From positions 32,001 to 96,000 of the forward strand of contig JAFGGO010000114.1 of assembly GCA_016930515.1 (NCBI GenBank): a stretch of DNA of 64,000 nucleotides. Reading direction: 5' to 3'. Every line of letters starts with the position of its first letter. Positions within the stretch are counted from its first letter, which is position 1. Both the position numbers and the translations under genes were made by a program. Of the stretch, positions 29,430 through 40,343 are shown one piece after another. The notes beneath the pieces were generated by a model, which was given only the letters and a program-made list of their open reading frames with translations, ran no database searches and was not told the origin of the DNA. Source of the stretch: Promethearchaeota archaeon (lineage in GTDB: Archaea; Asgardarchaeota; Lokiarchaeia; Sigyniarchaeales; SOKP01).

Positions 29430-29747
29430 CTAAGAAAGTTTTCGATATTTCTTTCTTAGATGGGCATTTTTGATCTCGTCTTCAATTTGAGTGAAAAGAC
29501 CAGAAGGTTTAAATTCCTTGCTCGTAGTTTCAAGCACCATTTCGTTTTGGTTGTCCTTAGTCCTCTCTTCTTCAGAGAGCTGTTTTTCTCCTTCTTTTTC
29601 GTAAAAATCCGTGGACATTCTCTCCATTTTCTCGCACTTGCTGTGGTTTTCGCTTGTCAAATAATTGAATTCTTGTAAATTAAGGTCGAAACGAATATTT
29701 AAACGTTCTGAATTAGATTTTATCAACGATTTTATCTCAATCCTCAT
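29430..29747 (-). CDS. Hypothetical protein
   Basis: Charged ORF. ATG 29747 (MRIEIKS) is more plausible than the ORF-track TTG. Confidence 0.5.
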   Translation of the reverse strand: MRIEIKSLIKSNSERLNIRFDLNLQEFNYLTSENHSKCEKMERMSTDFYEKEGEKQLSEEERTKDNQNEMVLETTSKEFKPSGLFTQIEDEIKNAHLRKKYRKLS

Positions 29748-29892
29748 AGCATGGTAAAGCCTTATAATCTTTGTTTGGTATATTAATCTATTAAAAAACA
29801 AAAATTGGTCTCCTTTTGATTTAAAAAGCAAAGGAAAGATATATAATATAAGCGGGCGTTATTGTTTCCGTGATAGATTCGGTGAAAATCTC

Positions 29893-30837
29893 ATGAAATC
29901 AAGTGCATTTGATAAAGATGAATCAGTTTACAAGAGAAGAATGAAATATATTTGGAAGTTTTTCTGGTTTTCAATATTTTTATTCGTGTTTCCCTTAATC
30001 TCAGGCATTGTTGGTGGTTTAACCATTAATTTCGTTATTGGCGATGGTTACATTGCATTTTGCATAGGTTTCATGATCGCAATTTTTGTTGGGATATATT
30101 TTTATAGGCATTACGATAAGTACAGAAATAATCCCTTTTTTACGAACCAAAAAAAAAACTTGAGATCCCGAATTGATATTGCGTTTATAATTTCCATTAC
30201 ATCATTGCTTGTTCCGTTCATGATAAATATTGTTAGTTTCTTGCTTGTCAAGCTTTATCTATTTGAAGCATACGCCTTAATTTCGTATATATTAATCTAT
30301 CCGTCCGTTTTTATCTATAATTTTTACAAACCCATTGATTACTACAATCCATCTGATAAGGAGTTTAAAAATAGCAAGAGTTTCAAACTTTCAATGAAAA
30401 TGATTTATAACAACATATATCTTGTGAATTATGTTGTTAACATCCTATTCCTCGGAATATTCATCCGATTGCGATTTTTTTATTCTTCCTTAATCTTGAT
30501 TTATGCTATATTCTATTTCATCACCATTTTCAACACAAAAAAAGAGCGAAATAGAATTTTGAAGTTAATGGAAAGAGAGGAAGATTTCTTAAAATCATTG
30601 ATATCATTTAAAAAAAATATGACTAAAGCAATAATTGGATTGATTTTCAGTATAGTCGTTTTCGGCTCGATCGTTGTTATTATTGAACAAGGTACCTTAC
30701 CAAGTATTTTCTATGGTTCACTGTTGGTAATTACTGGCATCTTGTTGTTATATAAAACGATTAATTATGTGAACATACATTTTGAAAGCGTTCTTTCTTA
30801 TTTAGAAAATCCCATCAAAGGAGATGATCTTTCGTGA
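29893..30837 (+). CDS. Multi-pass membrane protein (about 8 TM)
   Basis: SD GGTGA and hydrophobic helices; overlaps the start of the giant membrane protein gene. Confidence 0.85.
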   Translation: MKSSAFDKDESVYKRRMKYIWKFFWFSIFLFVFPLISGIVGGLTINFVIGDGYIAFCIGFMIAIFVGIYFYRHYDKYRNNPFFTNQKKNLRSRIDIAFIISITSLLVPFMINIVSFLLVKLYLFEAYALISYILIYPSVFIYNFYKPIDYYNPSDKEFKNSKSFKLSMKMIYNNIYLVNYVVNILFLGIFIRLRFFYSSLILIYAIFYFITIFNTKKERNRILKLMEREEDFLKSLISFKKNMTKAIIGLIFSIVVFGSIVVIIEQGTLPSIFYGSLLVITGILLLYKTINYVNIHFESVLSYLENPIKGDDLS

Positions 30838-33800
30838 ATGATTCTACCGATAGATTAAATAAATACAAGAAATACAATTCTCTTTTAACCGGATTACTCA
30901 TTGCAAGCTTTCTATCGTTCTCTTTCTTAGAACTTATTTTATTAGGGAGCTTTATCTTATTTATCGTACAAGTTTCATTAGTTGCTCCGTTAATCTACTT
31001 ATTAGCATACATCGAACACGAACGCCATTTAAGCAACAATAAAGAGAATATAGCCACTTATTTGGTAAACACGATAAGTCTAATAACGGGAATAATTTTT
31101 GGACTTTTAGGATTTCTTCCTTTTAACGTGCAAATCGTCATTTTTTGTATTTTCATGCTTTTCAGCTTTGAAGGATTCGTGAGAATTGGTTTTTTCAGAA
31201 AGGAAACGATAATATGGTTTCAAGATATTTTAGCAATGATAGTATATCTCCTAATCACATATTCTTTCGGGTATCCCGCAATTGAAAGTGCAATCTTAAA
31301 TACATTTCATTCCCAAATCTTAGAAACCGCAACTATCATATTAGTTAATGGCATGATAATCTCTGGAATGTTTTTGCTTTCTTTTTATCTTTTATCTATT
31401 AGAAAGGCTTGGAAAAACGAAGCGAGGGTATTTCACTTGTTAATAACGATAAATTTCTTGATATTAGAAACTTTTGCGTTTGTGTATATTAATTTGTGGT
31501 TTTATTATTCTTATCAAATAACCGCTTTCTTAAACTCCTTGGTTTTAAGCATCGTTTTCTTTCCCACGATCTTGTTACTTTTCTTGTTTCTAAACTGGAC
31601 GATAAAGATATTTTCGTACGATAGATTTAAGATATATTTTTATAACGCCCTTTGGTTCCAAGTTTTTACCGTTTTAGGCTTAATTGAAGTAATTCTAATT
31701 AACGACATCCAAGGAATATTGTTTTGGATCATGTTGGATGTCTTGCTTTTCTTTATCGTTTTAAATTTCATCTTAAAACTAGGGAATTCTTTGGGGAAAA
31801 TAAATAATATGACTAAAAGCACTTTTAAGACCATATTTTCCATTGTTCTGGTCTTTGAATTTCTTGTTTTATCGTTTCTCTTGTTATCGCAGATAGTATT
31901 GATAAAAATCCTTGCTCCCATTGATAATATCATCGTGTCGTCTTATATCGCACTAATATTCATGACTACACTAGCCAACGCGTTGTCCATAGAAGAGAAA
32001 TTATTCTCTAACATTGTTTCTAGAATTCTAACTATTACTAGCCTTATCTTGCTTCCATTTATCGTATCTTGGTATGTTGCGCTTTCATTAATAAGCTTTG
32101 CCTTGATTTACATTTTACCACCTATTTTATTTTGTTTGTTATTATACCTTCCCTTAATTTATATGATTTATTTTGGATTCGGAACAAGGACAGCAACTTA
32201 CACCTTTTTTTTGGATAGTCTTTTACTATGGATATTTGTGGGATTATCCCCGATTGTTCTGAATTTTGAAAACCCCATCCTTTCTCAAGTTGATGTATTG
32301 AATCTAACGCTACTTTGCGTTAGCTTTTCTACTATATATTTAAGATTAACATGCAAAAAGCTAAATATCCTTGATATATTTACTCGATTACTGCCAAAAA
32401 TATTGATGGTTGTATTATTCGTTTTTTCAGGGACATTCCTATTTTATTACAGCTTTCTAATTTTAAGATCTTTTCAAATCGCCTTTTTATTATCTTTTAT
32501 TAATTCATCTCTTTATTTGTTTGTTCCAATGTATATATCTTATAAATACGATATTTTCCAGCGTTTTTGGATGAAATATGTTATTTTTTTAAATAGCATT
32601 GCCTTGTACGTTTTCATTGTTTTCCTACCAATATTTATTGGATTAGATATCGGTGTAAGGGTTACTTCGGTTGCGATTGTTACACCAACGCTTGTTTTAG
32701 CGTTCACATTATTAATTTTCCTAGAAAAAGTTGCAAAAAAAGTAGAATTCGGGGATAAAACCGTGTTAAATCTTAAAATCGCCCAAATACCAGTATGGAT
32801 CGTTATTTCGATAATCATCACATTTTCTGTCGCTTATAATTCATTTCAATTCGACATTTCGACTTCAGTTCTCGTTAGTGGCACGATTTTAATCTTTTTT
32901 GGATTAAGCGTGTTTACATGTTATTTATTGTATCTCGTAGAAAAAAAATTATCGCGAGATCAACCAAATACTCGACTTTTAATCAAAACACGCGAAATTT
33001 ATACCATTTTTCGTACAATTATCTATTATGGAATTGTGGTATCGTTATCGGTTTTAATCTCTTCGGCATTAGAAATCTTACTTCAGAATTCACCCATTGC
33101 TTCGGAATTTCCGAGCCTATTCTTTGCAGTTAACGCATTAATCACTACATTTATAATATTTGTTGTGTTGATAACAACGGATCGCCTTATTCAAGTAACT
33201 TTTCCAAGAATAAAAGCTTGGGTGGCTTCAATATCGTGGCTCAGTTTGAAGATGTTTCTCATCGTTTTCATTCTAGTAATACCTTCAGGATATTTATATT
33301 ATATTAACATTCTTTCCGCCTTTATCACTTTCGCTTTTTTAACACCAATCACGCTTTATCATGTAGAAAAAATCAACAAGTTATCTGATAAACGAGTGAT
33401 TTTCTTAAAAAAAACAAATCATTTAATATTCTTAATCGCTACATTTACCTTCTATATAGTATTATTCTTGTTTATAACCTTGCAAGTGAATTACTTTGCA
33501 ACAAATCTCGTCGTGCTTGGATTATTATTTGCTTGTAACTTGTTCTTGCTTTTCAATTACATCTTAAAGAAATATAAAAAGAATCAGGAACGACAAACGC
33601 TTTCGGAAGTGTATAAAATCTATGTTTCCTTTGTCTTATTGAGCGCAAGCTTGCTTTATATCGCACCGATCTTTTGTATAGTAATATTCATCGTTGGTGC
33701 AGTGATAATCCTTTCCGATCGTAGTCCGAATTTTATTAACAAGGCGTTAATTTATGCAATTCTATCCATTTGTGCTAATATTTTAGTTTTTTCATTATTA

Positions 33801-36800
33801 GATATCTTTTCGATCTTTTCTAGTGTTAGCGCCATACCTCTTGGATTTTACATAATATTGTACTTGTTGTGTTTAATACTTACGATTGCATTTTCAGTGA
33901 TATTAAACTTGGAAGGGAATAACAATTTTGAATTGCTCGCCTTATACGGAAGTTGCGCAATCTGGTCATTTTTTTACATTGCAACTTATTTTTCAAATAT
34001 TTTGTTACTATACAACATGACAATATCCCTTCTCGAGTTCTTGATATTGATGGGAGTAACTCTTTTTCGGAGGAAAGATGAGAGATATCGCTTTTTCATA
34101 CGACCCTCAATCTTGTTATTCATATTTGACTTGATAAGTTATTTATCGTACGGATTTTTCTTCGTTAATCCCATCTATAAAGAGATTAATCCGCTCTTGA
34201 CGCTCACTTTAACAATTTCAATTACCGATTTAGCATTCATCTGTATTTACAGGGATCTGAAGGACAATGCTCGAAGAAGATCGTTTTCTCTTGCTCTAGG
34301 ATCTTTAATTGTTGCTTTTCCTGCATTTATTGGTCTTTTTTTAGTATCGTACTCGATTGCACCAATCGAATGGCCACTCGCAGTCACGATTGCTCTTAAT
34401 ATTCTTGTGTTCTTATATTTTCTTTCGGTAGGTGTTTATAGGTGGAAGCTTTCGCGTGCTATCTGGGATTCAGCGTGGTGGGCGTGGAACTTACTCCCAA
34501 TAATAAATGTCTTTATGATTTATCAAGCATTGTCTGGAATAGACGTAATTACGAATGCACTCCAAGTTGGAGGAACCCAAATTACAGGTTCGCTTATTTT
34601 AACGCTGATAATTTTTTCGTTGTTGTACCTACCAGTATTGTACACGAAGATCAAGAAGCATTTCTACACATGTCTAATTTTTATTTGGACAGAAAGCTTG
34701 GTTTTGATAATTTGGATAACTTTCAACATCTTTTTTGAATATCCTGGGTTAATCGTCCTATCTAGCTCAATCATGGCAATCATCTTGCTCATGCCATTGT
34801 TGTATAAGCTGAATTATTGGCGATTCGTTTCTACTTTCTGGTGGATCTTGACAATTATTAACGCCTCCTTTTTTATAATCTTGCTGATTGTCAATGGGGT
34901 TGAACTAGCGATTTCTATTTCCACAGGCATTATATTAGCAAGTATTTTCTTTATGATTTATTCGTATTTTCCAAATATAAAACATAAAATATTATACATT
35001 GCGTGTTCTTACACGATCCTAATTGCAGGAATATTTTCTCTTTTATCGTTTATCATTTATTTCATTTTCTACAATCTATTGATATCCATTAATATCTCAA
35101 GCATAATAATCGCGTTTAGCCTTTTTACTTCGAAATATCTAAAGTTTGAAAAATTAGATCCAAAGCGATATATCCACCTTTTTATTTCCACTCTTCTCAT
35201 ATGGCACTTCTCGTGGCTTACATATAATACATTTTCGCTAGTCAAGGGTCTCGAATTGTTTTCGATCTTTCTGGCTATAGCGGTGCTCGGAGGAACCTTG
35301 TTTGTGTTTAGTTATTACGACATGTTGATAATTGAAATAAATAAAAAAATACCATGGCTAACAATGACAGTTGGAACGTCTTTTGCAGTGATATCGCTAT
35401 GTTTCACGGTGATTCCGTCTTTTTGGATTAATTTGGCTATATTCGTGTTAGTTAACATCGTTTTTGCGTATTTCTGGTTTGGAAGATATAAATATTTACT
35501 TTGGTACGCTTTTCCAGTGCCCTTTGCCTTGTTAATCCAAGAATCAATGCTAATGATCTTAATTGTTCGTCCCTACTGGGCCCTATCGCTTTCCATAACT
35601 TATTTAATCATTTTTCAAATATTCGTCAATGTATTCAATCAAATTCGTAGGGATAAACTTTCAAATGGATTGATGAAATTCTTTGGAGACCAAAAACATG
35701 TTAAATTGAATAATATCGCTTGTTTTTCGAGTTATGCTGCTTTAATACCCTTATTCACTTTTCTTGTCGTTCCTTTTTCGCTAGAATACAGGATTTTAAC
35801 ATTTCTTATCACTCTATCGTTTTTATTAATATTAACATTAGGATACATAAACAAATCGTGGACTAGGTTAGAAATCGGAACTCTATCAATGGTTAAATAC
35901 AAGTCAAAACTGGAATTTATAGTTTATTTGATGCTATATATCGAATTGGCGGTATTAACTCTTTTTATTGGCATGAACACCTTAGGAGCTCTTACAAGCA
36001 GTCTAATCTCTGCTTTAATATTATTTGCACTCGTGAGCTTGGACTCTTCGACCATTAAACGAGTGAATCATCCCATTATCAACTTGATCTCCTTTACCCT
36101 GCTATACGCACTTTTCCCTTTCGCTTTAGTCGGAATTTTTGTTCAATACAAGTTATTAAACATTGGTTCTAGCGCAATAATCGTGTTGCTAGAAACAGTA
36201 TTTACATATTATGCGTTTTATTATGTCCATAAACTCGTTGGAAGCGAAAAAACGGAAAAAATTAAAAAAATCGCTGGTAGTTCAATTGCTCTGCTTCTTT
36301 ACGTGGAGTTATCAATAAGCATCTTTGGATACTTGATGTTGATCCAAGAATTAATGATAAGCTTGCTAGTGTCTTCAATGTCACTTCACGGATTTGTAAT
36401 ATTGGATATTTTATTAATCAAAAGAGTTAAAAATCGAATCTTTCCCCTAATATCATTTAGTTTTGTTTACGTCATTACTCCGATTACGCTAATATTATTG
36501 TTTGATCAGTATCATCTCATTAACATTGCTTCGATCTCCTTAATCGTGTTGCTTGAGACCTTTTTCACTTATTACGAGCTTCATTTAATTTTCAAAATAA
36601 CCCAAATCGAAAGGACCAAACAATTTAGAAGATTTTTGAAAAATTTAGTTATTTTTGCGATATATATCGAAATAACAGTTATATTATTTGGATTGTATAT
36701 TTCTATTTTCGAAACTGTCGTGAGCTACTTGATTTCACTCGTCGTGCTAATTTTAATACTAGGAGCCCATATTTCTTTTGCAGGAAAGAAAGCCCTGATG

Positions 36801-38543
36801 AAATTATATTATCCTGCCCTTGTTATTTCATATTTTAATGCAACAGTATTGATCCTTGCATTGATCGCATTGCTTTCTCAAGTTAATAGCATCTTTTTGA
36901 ACATTTCGATTTTAGTATTTTTAGTCCTGCAATTGATTACAAATCAGCTGGTTTATCTCTTTCGAGTTAAAATAAGTCGAAGCGATTCGATGAAACAAGA
37001 AGTAGATAATGGAATATTAACAGCAAGAATGAAGGGATTTAAGATCCTGGGTGGATTGATATATCTTTGGTCGAGCATTTGCGTTGCTCACGGATTGATA
37101 TTGATTAATCTAGATGTTTCTCTTATTGTTTTAATCGAATGTATCATCATTCACGCCCTTATGAAAGTTGATTTACACGGATTGAAGCTATTAGGAACAG
37201 AAGCAAATTATTTAGAAGTAGGATCCTGGGCGGGTTTGATGGTTTTTTCTTGGATATATCTACTACAAGCGTTTTTTATTTTGGGTCAATTAATTCTAGC
37301 AATACCCTTGGCGATTTTCATATTCGTTTTGGAAGTATTCTATTTCTTTTACTTGCTTGAATTTTTATCGTTTATTAAAGAGAAAAAAGAAAAAATCCAA
37401 CACTTCCTCGTGTTAATACTCTACGGAAATTTTGTCTCTTGGCCAATTTATTTCGTATCGAACGACATGATATTAAATCTTAATTTAGTGTTAGGATCGT
37501 TAGGCGTTCTATTTGCCGTCGCTCTCTTCGACGCATCATTCAAGGCATTTAAAGAAAGCTTGCGATTAACATTAATAAAAACATCGTTTTTATTGATTGG
37601 ACTGATTCTTTCCATCGACCTTTTCTTCTACTTACAAATTGCCGTACAACCACAAGTTTCGAATTTTTCGTTTGGTACAAACCTGTCGCTCGCCGTTTTG
37701 CTCTTTTGGGTCTTTCTTGGTTGCGTCGTGCTCCCCTTAAAATTAAGCCACTTTCACGCCTTTCTCTATTGGATCGTCCTTTCAGCAAGCTCCAGTTTGG
37801 CCATACTGTTCGGATTGTACATGAATCCTGCTGATTTTTTGGAAAGCATTACCGTGGGAGGCTTGATTTTTCTCATATTCATCTGTGCTTTTCCATTTAT
37901 TTTCATGTTTGAAGAACTCGTGGAATTTTTCAGTAAACTTTGGGATATCATCCTTGCAAAGCTTAGAGCACTAAAGAAGGCAATATTACACTTTTTTAAA
38001 AAAATTGGGCGCTTTTTCAAGAAGCTTTATTTAGCTATTATCTCGTTTTTGAAAAAGAATTTCAAATACATCTATTTAATTTTCAACATCTTCGTTTTCA
38101 TTTTAATAATATATTTGGGAATGACATATTTGAACCTCGCCTGGTATCACGCAATGCTCATTGGATTTCTGGTGATTTCCATCCTGCTTTATTTCATCTC
38201 ACCCGCAAGAACGGAAGAAGATCCAGTAAAGCAATTTAAGTGGAAGTTGGGAACTTATTTTGCCGTTTGGTTGAGTGTGACCACCTTGATAGCTGTATAT
38301 ATTACATACGCTCCCAAGATTAGCGATATCATTTCTACATTGACCGTGGTTCTCGTGTTCCTCACGAGTTCCGTCATTTTGGGTGCCATCATACTGATCG
38401 ACATTTATCGAAGGGAAAAAGCGGGAAAAATTTCGATTAAATGGAGGTATTATACAACGCTCTTTTTCATATTATTATTGATTGGAGCAATAGTTACGGG
38501 TGTCTTTTTAGGAATTAATTTCGTTGAGGTTGTAATTGATTGA
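30834..38543 (+). CDS. Giant 2569-aa polytopic membrane protein
   Basis: Uninterrupted 7.7-kb ORF made almost wholly of hydrophobic helices with short basic loops. Contains an internal 121-aa repeat. Confidence 0.9.
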   Translation: MNDSTDRLNKYKKYNSLLTGLLIASFLSFSFLELILLGSFILFIVQVSLVAPLIYLLAYIEHERHLSNNKENIATYLVNTISLITGIIFGLLGFLPFNVQIVIFCIFMLFSFEGFVRIGFFRKETIIWFQDILAMIVYLLITYSFGYPAIESAILNTFHSQILETATIILVNGMIISGMFLLSFYLLSIRKAWKNEARVFHLLITINFLILETFAFVYINLWFYYSYQITAFLNSLVLSIVFFPTILLLFLFLNWTIKIFSYDRFKIYFYNALWFQVFTVLGLIEVILINDIQGILFWIMLDVLLFFIVLNFILKLGNSLGKINNMTKSTFKTIFSIVLVFEFLVLSFLLLSQIVLIKILAPIDNIIVSSYIALIFMTTLANALSIEEKLFSNIVSRILTITSLILLPFIVSWYVALSLISFALIYILPPILFCLLLYLPLIYMIYFGFGTRTATYTFFLDSLLLWIFVGLSPIVLNFENPILSQVDVLNLTLLCVSFSTIYLRLTCKKLNILDIFTRLLPKILMVVLFVFSGTFLFYYSFLILRSFQIAFLLSFINSSLYLFVPMYISYKYDIFQRFWMKYVIFLNSIALYVFIVFLPIFIGLDIGVRVTSVAIVTPTLVLAFTLLIFLEKVAKKVEFGDKTVLNLKIAQIPVWIVISIIITFSVAYNSFQFDISTSVLVSGTILIFFGLSVFTCYLLYLVEKKLSRDQPNTRLLIKTREIYTIFRTIIYYGIVVSLSVLISSALEILLQNSPIASEFPSLFFAVNALITTFIIFVVLITTDRLIQVTFPRIKAWVASISWLSLKMFLIVFILVIPSGYLYYINILSAFITFAFLTPITLYHVEKINKLSDKRVIFLKKTNHLIFLIATFTFYIVLFLFITLQVNYFATNLVVLGLLFACNLFLLFNYILKKYKKNQERQTLSEVYKIYVSFVLLSASLLYIAPIFCIVIFIVGAVIILSDRSPNFINKALIYAILSICANILVFSLLDIFSIFSSVSAIPLGFYIILYLLCLILTIAFSVILNLEGNNNFELLALYGSCAIWSFFYIATYFSNILLLYNMTISLLEFLILMGVTLFRRKDERYRFFIRPSILLFIFDLISYLSYGFFFVNPIYKEINPLLTLTLTISITDLAFICIYRDLKDNARRRSFSLALGSLIVAFPAFIGLFLVSYSIAPIEWPLAVTIALNILVFLYFLSVGVYRWKLSRAIWDSAWWAWNLLPIINVFMIYQALSGIDVITNALQVGGTQITGSLILTLIIFSLLYLPVLYTKIKKHFYTCLIFIWTESLVLIIWITFNIFFEYPGLIVLSSSIMAIILLMPLLYKLNYWRFVSTFWWILTIINASFFIILLIVNGVELAISISTGIILASIFFMIYSYFPNIKHKILYIACSYTILIAGIFSLLSFIIYFIFYNLLISINISSIIIAFSLFTSKYLKFEKLDPKRYIHLFISTLLIWHFSWLTYNTFSLVKGLELFSIFLAIAVLGGTLFVFSYYDMLIIEINKKIPWLTMTVGTSFAVISLCFTVIPSFWINLAIFVLVNIVFAYFWFGRYKYLLWYAFPVPFALLIQESMLMILIVRPYWALSLSITYLIIFQIFVNVFNQIRRDKLSNGLMKFFGDQKHVKLNNIACFSSYAALIPLFTFLVVPFSLEYRILTFLITLSFLLILTLGYINKSWTRLEIGTLSMVKYKSKLEFIVYLMLYIELAVLTLFIGMNTLGALTSSLISALILFALVSLDSSTIKRVNHPIINLISFTLLYALFPFALVGIFVQYKLLNIGSSAIIVLLETVFTYYAFYYVHKLVGSEKTEKIKKIAGSSIALLLYVELSISIFGYLMLIQELMISLLVSSMSLHGFVILDILLIKRVKNRIFPLISFSFVYVITPITLILLFDQYHLINIASISLIVLLETFFTYYELHLIFKITQIERTKQFRRFLKNLVIFAIYIEITVILFGLYISIFETVVSYLISLVVLILILGAHISFAGKKALMKLYYPALVISYFNATVLILALIALLSQVNSIFLNISILVFLVLQLITNQLVYLFRVKISRSDSMKQEVDNGILTARMKGFKILGGLIYLWSSICVAHGLILINLDVSLIVLIECIIIHALMKVDLHGLKLLGTEANYLEVGSWAGLMVFSWIYLLQAFFILGQLILAIPLAIFIFVLEVFYFFYLLEFLSFIKEKKEKIQHFLVLILYGNFVSWPIYFVSNDMILNLNLVLGSLGVLFAVALFDASFKAFKESLRLTLIKTSFLLIGLILSIDLFFYLQIAVQPQVSNFSFGTNLSLAVLLFWVFLGCVVLPLKLSHFHAFLYWIVLSASSSLAILFGLYMNPADFLESITVGGLIFLIFICAFPFIFMFEELVEFFSKLWDIILAKLRALKKAILHFFKKIGRFFKKLYLAIISFLKKNFKYIYLIFNIFVFILIIYLGMTYLNLAWYHAMLIGFLVISILLYFISPARTEEDPVKQFKWKLGTYFAVWLSVTTLIAVYITYAPKISDIISTLTVVLVFLTSSVILGAIILIDIYRREKAGKISIKWRYYTTLFFILLLIGAIVTGVFLGINFVEVVID

Positions 38544-38572
38544 TTTTTGTTTATTCAAAAGCATTTTTTTTA

Positions 38573-40309
38573 TTATTTGATATAAAAACCCGTTCCAATT
38601 TCCTCACCTAGCGAATTTTTCAAGGTTCTGAGAAAATTTTCGTATTTTTTTTCAAATATCTGGCACGATTTCGTCCTGTAAAAGCCGCAATAATTCTTTC
38701 CATCTTGAATCATGTCTTTAAAAGGATAATCCTGCCACATCGCGGCTTTAAAAGGGACTTTTAGAATCAGGAAGTTCGTCCCTAAAGGGGTATCGCTTCC
38801 ATCAAATAATTCTTTATTTACACCAAATAATTTTATTTTCAGCTTGAGCCTGCCCTCGTGTTGCATCTCGTTTTTGAAAAATTTCTTGAACTCGTCCGTA
38901 GGAGTTAGCCTAATGTAAAAATCGTGTATAGATGCAAGATTAGGGTAATATTTAAAATCTTGTAACTTTTTCTCCTCAGATGCATCCATATAATATGGAT
39001 TTTCGTCAAGGATTATATTTTCCTTCATAATATCTGCGATAATATAAGCCATCTTAATATATTTCATTTGACAATCTGGACGCTTGACATAGACACAAAA
39101 AATTCTATCGCCATTCGCCACCGATGCGGATTCTCGTTTCTCTTCCCAATTAATTGGTTCTTTAGGTAATTGAAAAAGAGTATTTCTGGCTTCTTCCAGT
39201 AATTCTTTCCAGTTGCGCTCTTTTCCCTTTCGCACCTCTTCGAATTCTGGATCTTTCAAGATTTTCTCCACGAGATCTATTATTTTAGGCGTGCATTGTT
39301 GATATAACCACTCCAATTGATATTTTGAATTGCTAGTTCGGATGCCATAAAAATCTAATGGGGCATCTTTAAATACTTGTTTCCAGTCCCTAATGTCTTG
39401 ATAATCGCTTTCCTTTATCATGCTGATGAATCTGAATAGATTTATGGAATCTTCATGCCAAATATCGTTTTCCATGTGAAGCTTGAAGTTGTAAGTCATT
39501 AACTCAACCAAGGTACATAAGTGAGAGAATCCTTCGATATCAAGATATTCCTTTGCATTACTATTAATATATAGGCCTTCTAGCAATATAAGTCCATCGA
39601 GACCTTCAATTTTTTCAATTGGTAAATCAACTAAGCCTAATATTCGCAGATTAGAAAGCGAATCGAGGTTTTCTATCTTTGTAATGTAATTTCCAGACAA
39701 GTACAATTTTTTTAAATTAGTCAAATGATTCAATTTTTCGATTTTATTGATTTCGTTGCCACCCAAACTCAGAACCGATAGATTTCGAAGTTGATCGATA
39801 TTTTCTATTCTTTTTATTTTATTTAAATCTAGTTCTAATTCTTTGAGATCGTTCAGATTTTCCAATCCTTCGATCTTCTCGATTTGATTCGCCGAAAGAT
39901 AAAGCTGCTCCAATTTAGTGCAATTATTTATGTTTTGAATCTTGTTGATTTGATTATTGCTCAGGTCTAACGACCAAAGATCGCTGAGATGCTGGATTCC
40001 CTTGATCTCGGTGATGTTATTCTTGCTTAAATTAAGACGCTTGAGTTTGGTAAGGTTTTCCAAGCCTTTAATTTCGGTAATTTCGTTTTCTTGTAAATCA
40101 AGATCTATAAGGTTAGGAAGACACTCTAATCCCGTAATATCTTTTATTCGGTTATCCCCAAGCAAGAGAGTATCGATGTTTTGGCATTGATCCAATCCTT
40201 CCAATTCTGATATTGATTCCATGCCTGCCATCTTTAGAGATAGGGTACAAGAACCGTAAGCAGATACAACGGGATGAGATTTTCCTCTATATATCACGTG
40301 ATCTTCCAT
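38573..40309 (-). CDS. SDS22-like leucine-rich repeat protein with unknown C-terminal domain
   Basis: Repeats of LxxLxLxxNxIxxIEGLE. Confidence 0.92.
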   Translation of the reverse strand: MEDHVIYRGKSHPVVSAYGSCTLSLKMAGMESISELEGLDQCQNIDTLLLGDNRIKDITGLECLPNLIDLDLQENEITEIKGLENLTKLKRLNLSKNNITEIKGIQHLSDLWSLDLSNNQINKIQNINNCTKLEQLYLSANQIEKIEGLENLNDLKELELDLNKIKRIENIDQLRNLSVLSLGGNEINKIEKLNHLTNLKKLYLSGNYITKIENLDSLSNLRILGLVDLPIEKIEGLDGLILLEGLYINSNAKEYLDIEGFSHLCTLVELMTYNFKLHMENDIWHEDSINLFRFISMIKESDYQDIRDWKQVFKDAPLDFYGIRTSNSKYQLEWLYQQCTPKIIDLVEKILKDPEFEEVRKGKERNWKELLEEARNTLFQLPKEPINWEEKRESASVANGDRIFCVYVKRPDCQMKYIKMAYIIADIMKENIILDENPYYMDASEEKKLQDFKYYPNLASIHDFYIRLTPTDEFKKFFKNEMQHEGRLKLKIKLFGVNKELFDGSDTPLGTNFLILKVPFKAAMWQDYPFKDMIQDGKNYCGFYRTKSCQIFEKKYENFLRTLKNSLGEEIGTGFYIK

Positions 40310-40343
40310 TTTAATTTAACCAAGTTTATTTTAAGAATATTTA

